From Octopus vulgaris (taxonomy: Eukaryota), in assembly GCA_951406725.2 (NCBI GenBank), contig OX597823.1:7874001-7938000 (forward strand): a stretch of DNA of 64,000 bases, read 5' to 3'. The notes under the pieces are model-generated. The model had not been told where the DNA came from. It saw only the letters and a list, made by a program, of their open reading frames with translations, and searched no databases. Made by a program: the position numbers and the translations under genes. Below are positions 53,195 through 64,000 of this stretch, one piece after another (the first letter of the stretch is position 1; every line of letters starts with the position of its first letter).

Positions 53195-53428
53195 TTATTT
53201 CTTTATTGCCCGTGAGGGGCTAAACCCAGAGGGGACAAACAAGGACAGACAAATGGATTAAGTCGGTTATATCGACCCCAGTGCGTAACTGGTACTTATT
53301 TAATCGACCCCGAAAGGATGAAAGGCAAAGTCGACCTCGGCGGAATTTGAACTCAGAATGTAACAGCAGACGAAATACCGCTGTGCATTTCACCTGGCGT
53401 GCTAATGATCCTGCCAGCTCGCCGCCTT
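53195..53428 (-). mobile_element. SINE family C (conserved GGTCGACTTTGCCTTTCATCCTTTCGGGGTCGAT core)
   Basis: Other copies at about 610-900 (-), 12955-13170 (-), 59020-59250 (+), 61177-61400 (+) and 62797-62980 (+). The core resembles the MetaSINE-type central domain (from memory). Confidence 0.82.
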
Positions 53429-53448
53429 GTCAGTATATATATATATAC

Positions 53449-53530
<82 letters not shown>

Positions 53531-53756
53531 CTAAAGGATCACCCACACATTAAAAATTAGAAAAAGAGGGAAAAAAAAAGAAAAGAAAAGGAAGATAAAA
53601 TAACTGCAAGCTCATAATTCAAATACAAATTTCTCAGTATTACAGCAAACATTCTGTACACTCTATTCTACATACTTCTCCTTAAAAAAAAAATAATTAA
53701 AAGTTATCAACAAAACAAACGAACAAAATAAAATTTAATAAAACATATCCACCAGA

Positions 53757-54839
53757 ATGGCTAGCCACCAAAAATCCAACAAAAACTGGTCTGATAATGA
53801 AATCGACGTTCTTATCAACACATGGCATGGCCTTACCCAAACAGAGAGCATAGGTGCTTCGTGTCTGAACGAAATTGCTAAACGAACAGTTCACCATTTG
53901 CAAACTCAATCTGAACAGCAGATACAAAATAAATTAAAACAAATCGAAGTTGCTTTTAAATTAATAAATAAACACTTCGATAAACTGAGATGTGTTTTCT
54001 CTTCGAACGCATCACCAGCGCAACAACAACAACAACAGCTACAGCAACAACAACAACTTCAGCAGCAACAACCTCAGCGGCAACAACAACAGGATGAACC
54101 ACTCCTTGATTCATCTACAATGGCCGATTTGCTAAACGAAACGATTGACCGCCCAGTCATCAGGGTCACACAGCAGGAAGCACCACCCCTTCCTTTCACT
54201 GCCCCAGCAGCTCAATCATCATCACTGTCAACATCTCTTCTACCTACTACTACTACTAATGCTATCTCAAGGAGTTTACCTCCTACAGGTCACAAAGGTC
54301 GCCAAAACCTCAACAAACTATCATCTACACCTCTCACAACTCACACACGCACCTACACACCCACTCGAAACCCCATCATTTGCCGATATTCTCTTCGCCA
54401 CAGATTATGCACTGATAGAGACTGCAAATTCACCCATTTACCTGGAACAAAACGCTTTATCCCCACAAACTACAACAGCAACCACCATAATACATACTCT
54501 ATTACAACACCACCACAACCACCAATATCTCAAACAAGGAATCCCCAAATCTGCCGCTATTCCCAGCGAGACAGATTGTATTTGCACAGGGATTGCCCCT
54601 TTACCCATCTCCCGGGGACTCGTCGGACAAATGACATTATACGACTCATATACGACTCATATAGAAATAACCACTCATATAAAAATAACCACAACCACAG
54701 TCACCTACAGTTCCCAAGACAGGAAACCTCTTCTTCCTCTTTTTTAGCTATAATGAATCTAGCAAAAGAACTGGAAAAAAACATCCGAGCTATCACCCAC
54801 CACCATCCACCACTATCACCCCACTGCACATGCCATTAA
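53757..54839 (+). CDS. LINE ORF1 protein (360 aa): Myb/SANT-like N-terminus, polyQ, two CCCH-type finger repeats
   Basis: Intact ATG ORF directly upstream of ORF2 and overlapping it by 10 nt. Contains CRYSLRHRLCTDRDCKFTH (C-x8-C-x4-C-x3-H) and a second copy with one C>Y change. Confidence 0.8.
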   Translation: MASHQKSNKNWSDNEIDVLINTWHGLTQTESIGASCLNEIAKRTVHHLQTQSEQQIQNKLKQIEVAFKLINKHFDKLRCVFSSNASPAQQQQQQLQQQQQLQQQQPQRQQQQDEPLLDSSTMADLLNETIDRPVIRVTQQEAPPLPFTAPAAQSSSLSTSLLPTTTTNAISRSLPPTGHKGRQNLNKLSSTPLTTHTRTYTPTRNPIICRYSLRHRLCTDRDCKFTHLPGTKRFIPTNYNSNHHNTYSITTPPQPPISQTRNPQICRYSQRDRLYLHRDCPFTHLPGTRRTNDIIRLIYDSYRNNHSYKNNHNHSHLQFPRQETSSSSFLAIMNLAKELEKNIRAITHHHPPLSPHCTCH

Positions 54840-57800
54840 AAAGCAATCAAATAAACAAATCACCAAAACAATTAAAACCATCCACTCTCGCCTCAACATT
54901 TTTGCTTAATGCCCAAGGCATCAGCCCTTTCACCAATACCCAAAAATGGAAGATAAAATTCCTGGAGGACTGGGTCGATGCCCATCCAAACCACATCCCT
55001 TTCTTCGTCCTCACTGAAACCCATCTTAGTAACCTTCACTTGGAAGCCGAGGTGAAAGTTAAAAATTTCAAAGCCATTCGTGCTGATCGTGCTGGCAGAA
55101 GAAAGGGTGGGACTGCCATTTATGTTCATGATTCATTCTCAACAGAAGCTATGAACATATTTTCCAATGGATACTGTGAAGCAGTCGCTGTATTCAGTCA
55201 AACCAACAACTTAACATTAGTTGGGCTCTACAGACCACCCCAAACGCCCCTACCATGCTTCAAGGAATGCCTCAACAACATAAAGTGTTTCATGCAGCAG
55301 TGTCAACCTGACAACATTTTAATGATGGGAGACTTCAACCTTCCCGGGGTTGACTGGTCTACAAACAGTCTGCCGCCAGGTTCTTCTCTCTCAACCCCTG
55401 ACAGGGAGGCAGTGGAATCGCTTCTTGACTTCATGGATGATTTCTTCCTGTCCCAACTGGTACTCGAACCAACGAGATGTCATAAAAACGTCTTAGACCT
55501 AATTTTCAGCAATCACACTGATACTATCCACAATATTGCAGTGGAGAAAACTCTACTCTTTGATCATGACATGGTTCTCTGTGATCTGAGATTTCACTGG
55601 CCAAAATGCAAAACAAATGTCATCCCTCCTGTTCATCCATTTGACACTATGGATTTCCACAATGCAAACTGGGAAGCGATCAATAATGATCTTGCACAAG
55701 TCGATTGGTCCTTCATGCACACATACACACCCACTAACATCAAAAAGTCCTGGCAGTCATTTGTAGACACCATTACGAACATATGTGCAAAACACACCCC
55801 ATTAAGATCTGCAAACAAATCTAAGTGTCGAATCCCTAGAAATAGAAAATCTCTCATCAGGAAAATTAAAAGAATTAACAAAAAAATCAACAAGCTGAAA
55901 TACTGTCAACAGCAACACATCAACCTGACTGCCATCTCGTCGCTAGAGATTAAAAAACATAAACTCCAAAACAACATGATGTCTATCATCAATAGTCAGC
56001 GAAGAGCTGAAGAGGCTTGGGCCATTGAGAAGATCAAACTCAATCCCAAAGTGTTCTTTTCATTTGCAAAAAAACACGGAGTCACTGGTTCTACTGTTGG
56101 CCCTCTGATTGATGAAAATGGTACTCTTCAAGACAATGCCAAAACCATGGGAGAGATATTGCAGAAACAATATTGCTCTGTTTTCAGCAATCCTGATATG
56201 ACTGATCTGGGCTGTATCAGCGATGTTACTCCCCAATACACTTTATCGGACATAACTTTTAGCGCTCCTGATGTCTTAGCAGCAATAAAGGAAATGAAGC
56301 ATAATTCAGCAGTAGGTCCCAATAGGTTCCCTGCTTGTGTCTTGAAGATGTGTCAAAACCAACTTGCACCCCCTCTAGCCAATCAGTGGCGGAACTCACT
56401 GGATGCTGGATATATACCAGAAGACCTTCTATCCCAGTCTGTCATCCCAGTTTTCAAAATAGGAAACAAATCGCTTGCCGTGAATTACCGTCCAATCTCA
56501 CTCACCTCTCATATCATTAAGGTATTTGAGAGAGTGCTGAGATCGCGTATGACTCACTTCCTTGAGAGTCATAATATGCTGAACTCCAACCAGCATGGAT
56601 TCCGTAAGAGATTGCCTGACGCAGCTACTGCATCATTTTGATGACATTTTGAGAGCCTTGGGAGAGGGTTCCAACACTGATATCATCTACCTTGATTTCA
56701 GCAAGGCCTTTGACAGGGTTGATCATAAGATCCTTCTGAGAAAGCTGTCCAATATTGGTGTCACTGGAAAGCTGCTGCGGTGGATCAAGTGCTTCCTGTC
56801 TAACAGAACCCAACATGTTGTAGTCGAAGGAGTCAAATCCAGCCCAGCCAAAGTCAGCAGTGATGTCCCACAAGGCACTGTGTTGGGCCCACTTCTCTTC
56901 ATCATCTACATAAATGATATTACTGACACCATCAAACACAGTAGCATCAGAACCTTCGCTGAAGATTCCAAGCTCCAGAAGGTCATCAATGGCGTGGATG
57001 ACCGAATAAGCCTTCAGTCAGACCTACTGGCTGTTGTCCAATGGGCGGAAAAGAATAACATGTTGCTAAACGAAGACAAATTCGAACTGATCCATTTTGG
57101 AAGAGAGGACGCTCTGAAACTCCCATACTCCCTTCCTTCTGGAGAAATTCTCACGGCGTCCAACAACATCAGAGACTTGGGAGTAACAGTGGACAACAAC
57201 ATAAGCTGGGCTACACATATAAGCAGCAAAGTTGACATGGCCCGCAGAATGTGCTCCTGGATTCTCAGAACCTTCCAGTCGAGAGATTCCCACACTATTA
57301 TCCTTCTCTTCTCCACTTTTGCCTGACCCCACCTTGAATACTGCTGTCCACTGTGGTCTCCCTACACAAAACAAAATATTATGAGAATTGAAGCTCCCCA
57401 AAGGTCAATCGCAAAAAAGATAGATGGCATGTCAGACCTTAACTACTGGGGTTGACTGAAAAAGCTGAAACTGTATTCACTCCAACGACGCCGTGAACGC
57501 TACATTATCTGTATGATGTGGAAAATATTCCATCAGCAATGTCCGGATGATGTTGGCATCACCTTCAAAATACATCCAAGGCTTGGACCACGTGCCATCC
57601 GTCCACAACAAAAATCTAAATCGCATCATATAACGACAATACGGCAGAATTATTTCACCTCAATTGGACCCGCTCTCTTCAACATTACACCAGGACACGT
57701 TAAAAAAGAAACTGACCACACAAAATTCAAGAAGTCTTTGGACAAATTCCTTCAAACAGTCCCGGACAAACCACCCACACCCGGATATGTCTCCGTAAAC

Positions 57801-57842
57801 AATAACTCTCTGCTCGAATGGGCCTCGGTGCCCAAATCCTGA
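54830..57842 (+). pseudogene. LINE ORF2 (AP endonuclease + reverse transcriptase), disrupted
   Basis: Split into 54830-56641, 56595-57326 and 57513-57842 by a frameshift near 56605 and in-frame TGA codons; catalytic FADD appears as FAED. Confidence 0.92.
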
Positions 57843-57925
57843 ATTGAAAGACTTCGCCAGGTGGTGCTATTAAGTTAGACATGGCCTGGGCCAATACTGG
57901 CCAAAACCTTTCTAAGTTATTCTAA

Positions 57926-58213
<288 letters not shown>

Positions 58214-59019
58214 TGAATGAACAGATGAATGTATACATTTATCAATTTGTTTTGCAAGATTCCTGATGTGAAATCATGTGTTGAAACAGATATTGTCGTA
58301 TTTTAGGATGGTCATCCCCCCACTCCAAATAATTTACATACATGCGCATAAGTGTTTTATTAACCCTTTTGAACTTTCAAAATATTATTCCAAATGACTG
58401 AAATATGTGTTATAGAAGAACTCTTGAAAAATAATCAATTACAGATGATGGCAGACCAATGTCGAAATTACCCAATTTGCAAAGTTCCAACAAGAAATAT
58501 ATTCGACAACTTCAGACTAATCTAAATGAGAGGAAAATATGGTTAACTGGAGATCTTAAATTAAATAAGTTATTCTGCTGGCCATGCTTGTTATTTAGTT
58601 TGAAAAAAATTGTTTGGAGTAATTTAGATCACTGGTTCTCAAACTTAAAAAAAAATTTACATGCTGGTCCCCTTACAGCTTTTTTCGATGATTCCCACTT
58701 CCCTATAAAATGCAGGATAATTAACATGGAAAAAATGGCACACATTCATGTACTGTAATTTCTGGACTGTGAACCGCAATCCTGAAAACTACAACTTAAT
58801 CCACACAATGCCCCATTGGGATACAATAAATATACATGAAAATACAGGGAATCAGTTGATCAATTGGTTACAAACAAATGAGAAACGAAAACAGTTTGAA
58901 AATATCCCAAGCATCCAGCATTAACAACTGCATAAGACCCATTTATGTCTGTTTGGCAGAAAGAAACCGTGGGTTATACATGGAAACTACGATATATATA
59001 TGTATGTATACGGTATATT

Positions 59020-59250
59020 AGGCGGCAAGCTGGCAGAAACGTTAGCACGCCGGGCGAAATGCTTAGCCATATTTCGTCTGCCGTTACGTTCTCAGTTCAA
59101 ATTCCACCGAGGTCGACTTTGCCTTTCATCCTTTCGGGGTCGATAAATTAAGTATCAGTTACACACTGGGGTCGATATAATCGACTTAATCCGTTTGTCT
59201 GTCCTTGTTTGTCCTCTCTGTGTTTGGCCCCTTGTGGGTAGTAAAGAAAT
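59020..59250 (+). mobile_element. SINE family C
   Basis: GGCGGCAAGCTGGCAGAAACGTTAGCACGCCGGGCG head plus core. Confidence 0.82.
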
Positions 59251-59548
59251 AGGTATAAATATGTACATGAGAGTGGTTCTTGAACTTTTGGCGTCCCCTT
59301 CCCCTTTCACCATGTTTGGGATGCTATTCCTCCCCATTGTCAGGTCATTCCTCATATTGATTATCCAAGTGAGGCATTCCAACCAATTTAGCTTTTTTCG
59401 GCAAAAGTTTCGGCAGAAGTTTCTGCAATTGGACCACTAGTATGCAAGGAAACCCACAATTTTAGTAGAAACACTGTCTTCTCCTCCTCCCCTGGAGGAT
59501 TGCCATCCCTTTTCCTGAATCACTGGTAAATAACATGACAACAAAAAA

Positions 59549-59945
59549 TCTTTATATATAAAAGTGAAGTTGTGTGTCAGTCTCCTGCAATTTAGATTCC
59601 TAACTACTCCCACATCTTGCGGTGCAGTTTAACCAAAAGCGGTTATCTTATAGACGTGATTCATATTTAGCCCTTCTGGGTATTAGCGCGCGTCTACGAT
59701 GAGTCTACGATTTAAAAAAAATTTACCATCATTTTTTCCCATTTTTAATGCATTTTTTTGGCTATTATATAAGGGAAGTAACTCATGTCTACGATGAGTC
59801 TACGAATTAAAAATAAAATTTTCCATAATTTTTTCCGCATTTTTAATGCATTTTCGATCGATTTATATAAAGGAAGTAACTGTCTATAAATGCTTATATA
59901 GTTATTTCCCTTACAAACCCAAGCAACGCCGGGCGATACTGCTAG
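59549..59945 (+). mobile_element. Non-autonomous Helitron family 2
   Basis: A|TC start, hairpin and CTAG|T end. Confidence 0.85.
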
Positions 59946-61176
59946 TACTATATAAGAAACTATTCACAACAGCACACCGTCTGTCATTTTATATACAGCA
60001 AAGTAACCAGCTCTTCTATGTTCGGCTTTGTTTTAGAGAGGGCAACTCTAATTTCTGGTGTGATATCCAGTCGATTTTGTGACTTAGTTTTGATGGCAAG
60101 GAAAGTGGAAAATGCGGTCTCACACTCATAGGTAGTTGGAAATGGCATTATATTGCATTAATAAATCAAGCTATTGGAATTACTGCAGACTCCCTAGCTC
60201 ACAGTATATGGACACAGATCATATGTCAGTAGCCAGCTGGAAAAGATGTCTTGCTAAGGCTAAAAAGTAGTAATATTGTCCTACGTAGGACTGCCACTTT
60301 GCATCGGCAAATAGACTTTACTCTACAGTACTGTTACTACTTATTTCTCGCTCAGAGATTTAAAACTAGTTGTTTTTCTCTTTATGAGATCAGCGACTGT
60401 GTGTTACTTTAAAAGTATATACTGTGAGCAAGTGCAAGTGGCTGCCATCTCTAGCCGATGGTTGTCTTGTACCAATGAAGGGAAATTACCCAGAAACCAT
60501 TGATCTACAAGTATCGCTATGGCTAGAAAGGGAGCAATAGAGTCCCTTTCTTGCAATATACGGACACAGATCATGTGTCAGTAACCAGCTGGAAAAGCTG
60601 TTACATCATCCTACATAGATCTGCCACTTTGCATTGGCAAGTAGACTTTACTGTAAAGATATGCTTGTTTTCTGTATAATGGACATAGAATGTGCTGGGG
60701 GATTGCCGTTGTCTGTTTCCAAATAGGAAACATATAGCTAGTGCACAGTGGTTAAAGCAAGATATAGTTTCATAGGAAGTTAGTTATTATAAACAGTTAG
60801 AAGTTCAAGGATGTAAGAAAACAGTAGATTAACTGTGGTAAGGACAAACAATAACAACTACTACTTAGAATGATAAGTAGACTAGAAGTTGTTTTAAATA
60901 ATTGAAAACAAACCAGGATAAGCAATTTCCAAATTTCTCCATGGTCAGTCACAATTTTCAAGGGAAGCAGGAAGCAAACATCATTTGTGTGAGGGTGATG
61001 CTCTTTTACAACCATTATATGTTGTCAAGAAAATGCTTCACACATGTATCTACTTATCTTTCTATTATCTATATATCTATCTACACACACACACACACAC
61101 AATGACCCATTTCAGGTTTCCATCGACCAAATCTAGTCACATGGTTTTGGTCAACCTGAAGCTATAATAAATGACA

Positions 61177-61400
61177 AGGCGGCAAGCTGGCAGAAACGTT
61201 AGCACGCCGGGCGAAATGCGTAGTCGTATTTCGTCTGTCGTTACGTTCTGAGTTCAAGTTCCGCCGAGGTCGACTTTGCCTTTCATCCTTTCGGGGTCGA
61301 TAATTAAAGTACCAGTTTCGCACTGGGGTCTATGTAATCGACTTAATCCCTTTGTCCTTGTTTGTCCCCTCTATGTTTAGCCCCTTGTGGGTAGTAAAGA
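61177..61400 (+). mobile_element. SINE family C, nested in a decayed family A copy
   Basis: Full head and core; flanks match consecutive parts of family A on the minus strand. Confidence 0.8.
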
Positions 61401-63072
61401 AATATATAATAGATGACACTTGCCCAATATGCCACACGGTGGGACTGAACCCACAACCACACTAGTGGTATTTTTCCATTGTACCATGGAGTCAAAAGCC
61501 TGTGAGAAATCAACAAACAGTGATATTGCTTCATGATTTCTGACTTTTACTCCTTCCAGTATTCCCTATTCCTTCATTTCTTAATATAAATCATAAACAA
61601 TTCATATTATTTAAGAAGTTTAATTAGAAAAAGATCTTCTTTGTTATATTCCAAGATGGTTATTTTCCCTCTTGCCAAATAAACACATGCACTATATATT
61701 CATTTTACACTCATTTATTATTGTTCTTATTTTATTTTACATCCATTGTCTGGAAATCTTTTATCACATACCCATGACCTCTTCAGTGACCCTTCCATCC
61801 CACGTGTCTCCTCCAGTGTGTTTATTTAGCAAGACACAAAATAACCATCCCGAAATACTGCAATATCTGTTTCAACACACAATTTCACATCAGAGATCTT
61901 ACAAAACAAATTCCACTGCTGGAATTCAAGCAAAAACTTCAGACTGTCCATATTTTAAACTCTGATTTTAAAATAATATTCAAAAAAGAGTGGAAATTTT
62001 ATGTTTAAGTGGGAATAAAAATTGCACATCTGTAACTGCTCATAATCTGTGCAGTGTAAATACATGTAAGTCATGAGGATCATAATAATATGGTATGTAA
62101 AATTGCACAATAAGAGAAAATAAATTTTGAGGATGAACAAGTCTCCATGTTCTATATTGTTATGATTATTGCCAATATATCTATATATGTGTGTGTTTGT
62201 GTATATATATGCATATATATATATATAATATATATATATATATATAAATATTAAAATTACTAAGTCTCTCTAAAGGAGATTATGGCAGCATTACTGGATA
62301 TTAATAGTTATCGCCATACTAATATGGTAGTCTATAAATATAAAACTAAAGCTGTCGCTCTTGGTGCTAATCAGCAACAGCTTTAGTCTTATATTTATGT
62401 GAAGACACATACAATAGAAATACAAACTGGCTGACAGTTAGTAAGGAGAGACACACAAATAAGAAAGAAGAAAGCAAAGGACCACTGATGTGGTCACAGC
62501 AGTGTGACGAAAGAACTCTGGCCGAAATAAGATTAAGTTTAATGTAAAAAATAAATAACACTGAAGCTAAGTAACACCAAATATATAGTGCATATGTTTT
62601 TATTGGCTAAACTGGCAAAATGACCATTCCAAAATACAACAACATATATATATATATATATACACACATCATTAATAAGAGCATTGAAACAAAGTCTTGT
62701 AAACGAAATAACTGTATGTTAATTGAAGTAACTGCACTGAATGTGTTAAACCTGTATGTTCATTGAAATTTTGTTTCAATATAGTAATACTGTATAAGGT
62801 GGCAAGCTGACAGAATTGTTAGCATGCTGGGCAAAGTGCTTAGCTACATTGCATCTGTCTTTGCATTCTGAATTCAAATTCCACTAAGTTCAACATTACC
62901 TTTCATCCTTTCCAGGTTGATAAAATAAGTACCAGTTGAGCACAGGGATCAATGTAATTGATTTACCATTTTCCCCAAATTATTATATTTTACTTTCCAT
63001 TTCTTAAAATATGTTTAACAAATACGTCAAAGAATAATTGTACTGGTAATTTTATATGAACCACAGTATGAT

Positions 63073-63109
<37 letters not shown>

Positions 63110-63110
<1 letters not shown>

Positions 63111-63405
63111 AATTATTGTATACAGTGCTCAGGTGCACCACAACTTGTCAGAAAGTGCATATAAAGTACATGCAGTAATGTACAAATGTCTGGAAAGCGA
63201 ACAATGCATGAGTCAGATACATGCTTGTATGCGTATGGAGAGGAGAAAATCAGGTGTAGTGTTGGCGAATCTCAGAAAGCATGGAAGTTTTGAAGGATGC
63301 AGTGCTTCGACAACTAACAACTGATGCTGGCAGTTTGTTCCATGCTTCAGCAACTCTCAGCATGAAAAGTGTTTCCTGAAGTCATGGGAGCTGTGCTGTT
63401 TTCTG
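63110..63405 (-). mobile_element. 3' end of a CR1/L2-type LINE with (TTA)n tail
   Basis: Minus-strand translation ...FRKHF / LRVAEAWNKLPASVVSCRSTASFK. Confidence 0.7.
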
Positions 63406-63841
63406 ATGCCCTACCAATTTAATTATTCAGTGCAATCTACATATCAATGTTATTAAGTCTTAAGAAAAGAAAAATTGTCCTTACCTCTTTATGTCTATTC
63501 TAAATTTGATTTACGTTGTGTTTAGTTGTTCTGTTTCAATCATTCTGTTGATATTTACTATATTAGTCTTTATATTATATATTCTTATTTTTCAAGTGTG
63601 TCACTTGAAAACACAAACAACAAGTCATAAGTTAAGTGCTTAACCACTCACGTACCAATCCTTTATGCAATTCAATATTCTCTAAATATATTTTATCTAA
63701 GTTAATACACGTGTCTCAACAGTGTATCTCTTTCTTGTGACTCAAAAGCAGGCTGTGATTTTACACACATCCGGGCATATATATATATTCACACACACAT
63801 ACCAACCTGCCGTTTTACCTACCAATATATATATATATATG

Positions 63842-63953
<112 letters not shown>

Positions 63954-64000
63954 AAAAATTATTATTTTATCTATTATTTTCTCTAATTTATATATATATA

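Overview
AT-rich, repeat-dense eukaryotic DNA. The SINE, LINE and (TA)n content suggests an octopus or other cephalopod, but that is inference. The main host feature is a multi-exon gene on the minus strand that the ORF track mostly misses. I could splice 14 coding exons (49642 down to 5398, all GT-AG, phases compatible, 1369 nt). They encode signal peptide - LRRNT - 10 single-LRR exons (nine of 72 nt, one of 75 nt, all phase 2/2) - LRRCT - a 12-Cys Ly6/uPAR-like (three-finger) domain, and the gene probably continues past the window start. One LRR exon occurs in five copies. Four sit in a young tandem array (about 34.4-43.5 kb) whose units are separated by non-autonomous Helitrons, and the array starts right after the 3' end of a Helitron helicase remnant, so this looks like TE-associated exon amplification of an LRR receptor ectodomain. 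The introns and upstream region hold a near full-length CR1-type LINE with an unusual ORF1 (Myb/SANT-like N-terminus, polyQ, CCCH fingers), truncated CR1, RTE, R4/Dong and Tx1 LINEs, mariner elements, several SINE families, Penelope-like terminal repeats with minimal hammerhead ribozyme motifs, and long microsatellites. Exon boundaries were counted by hand; repeat boundaries are approximate.
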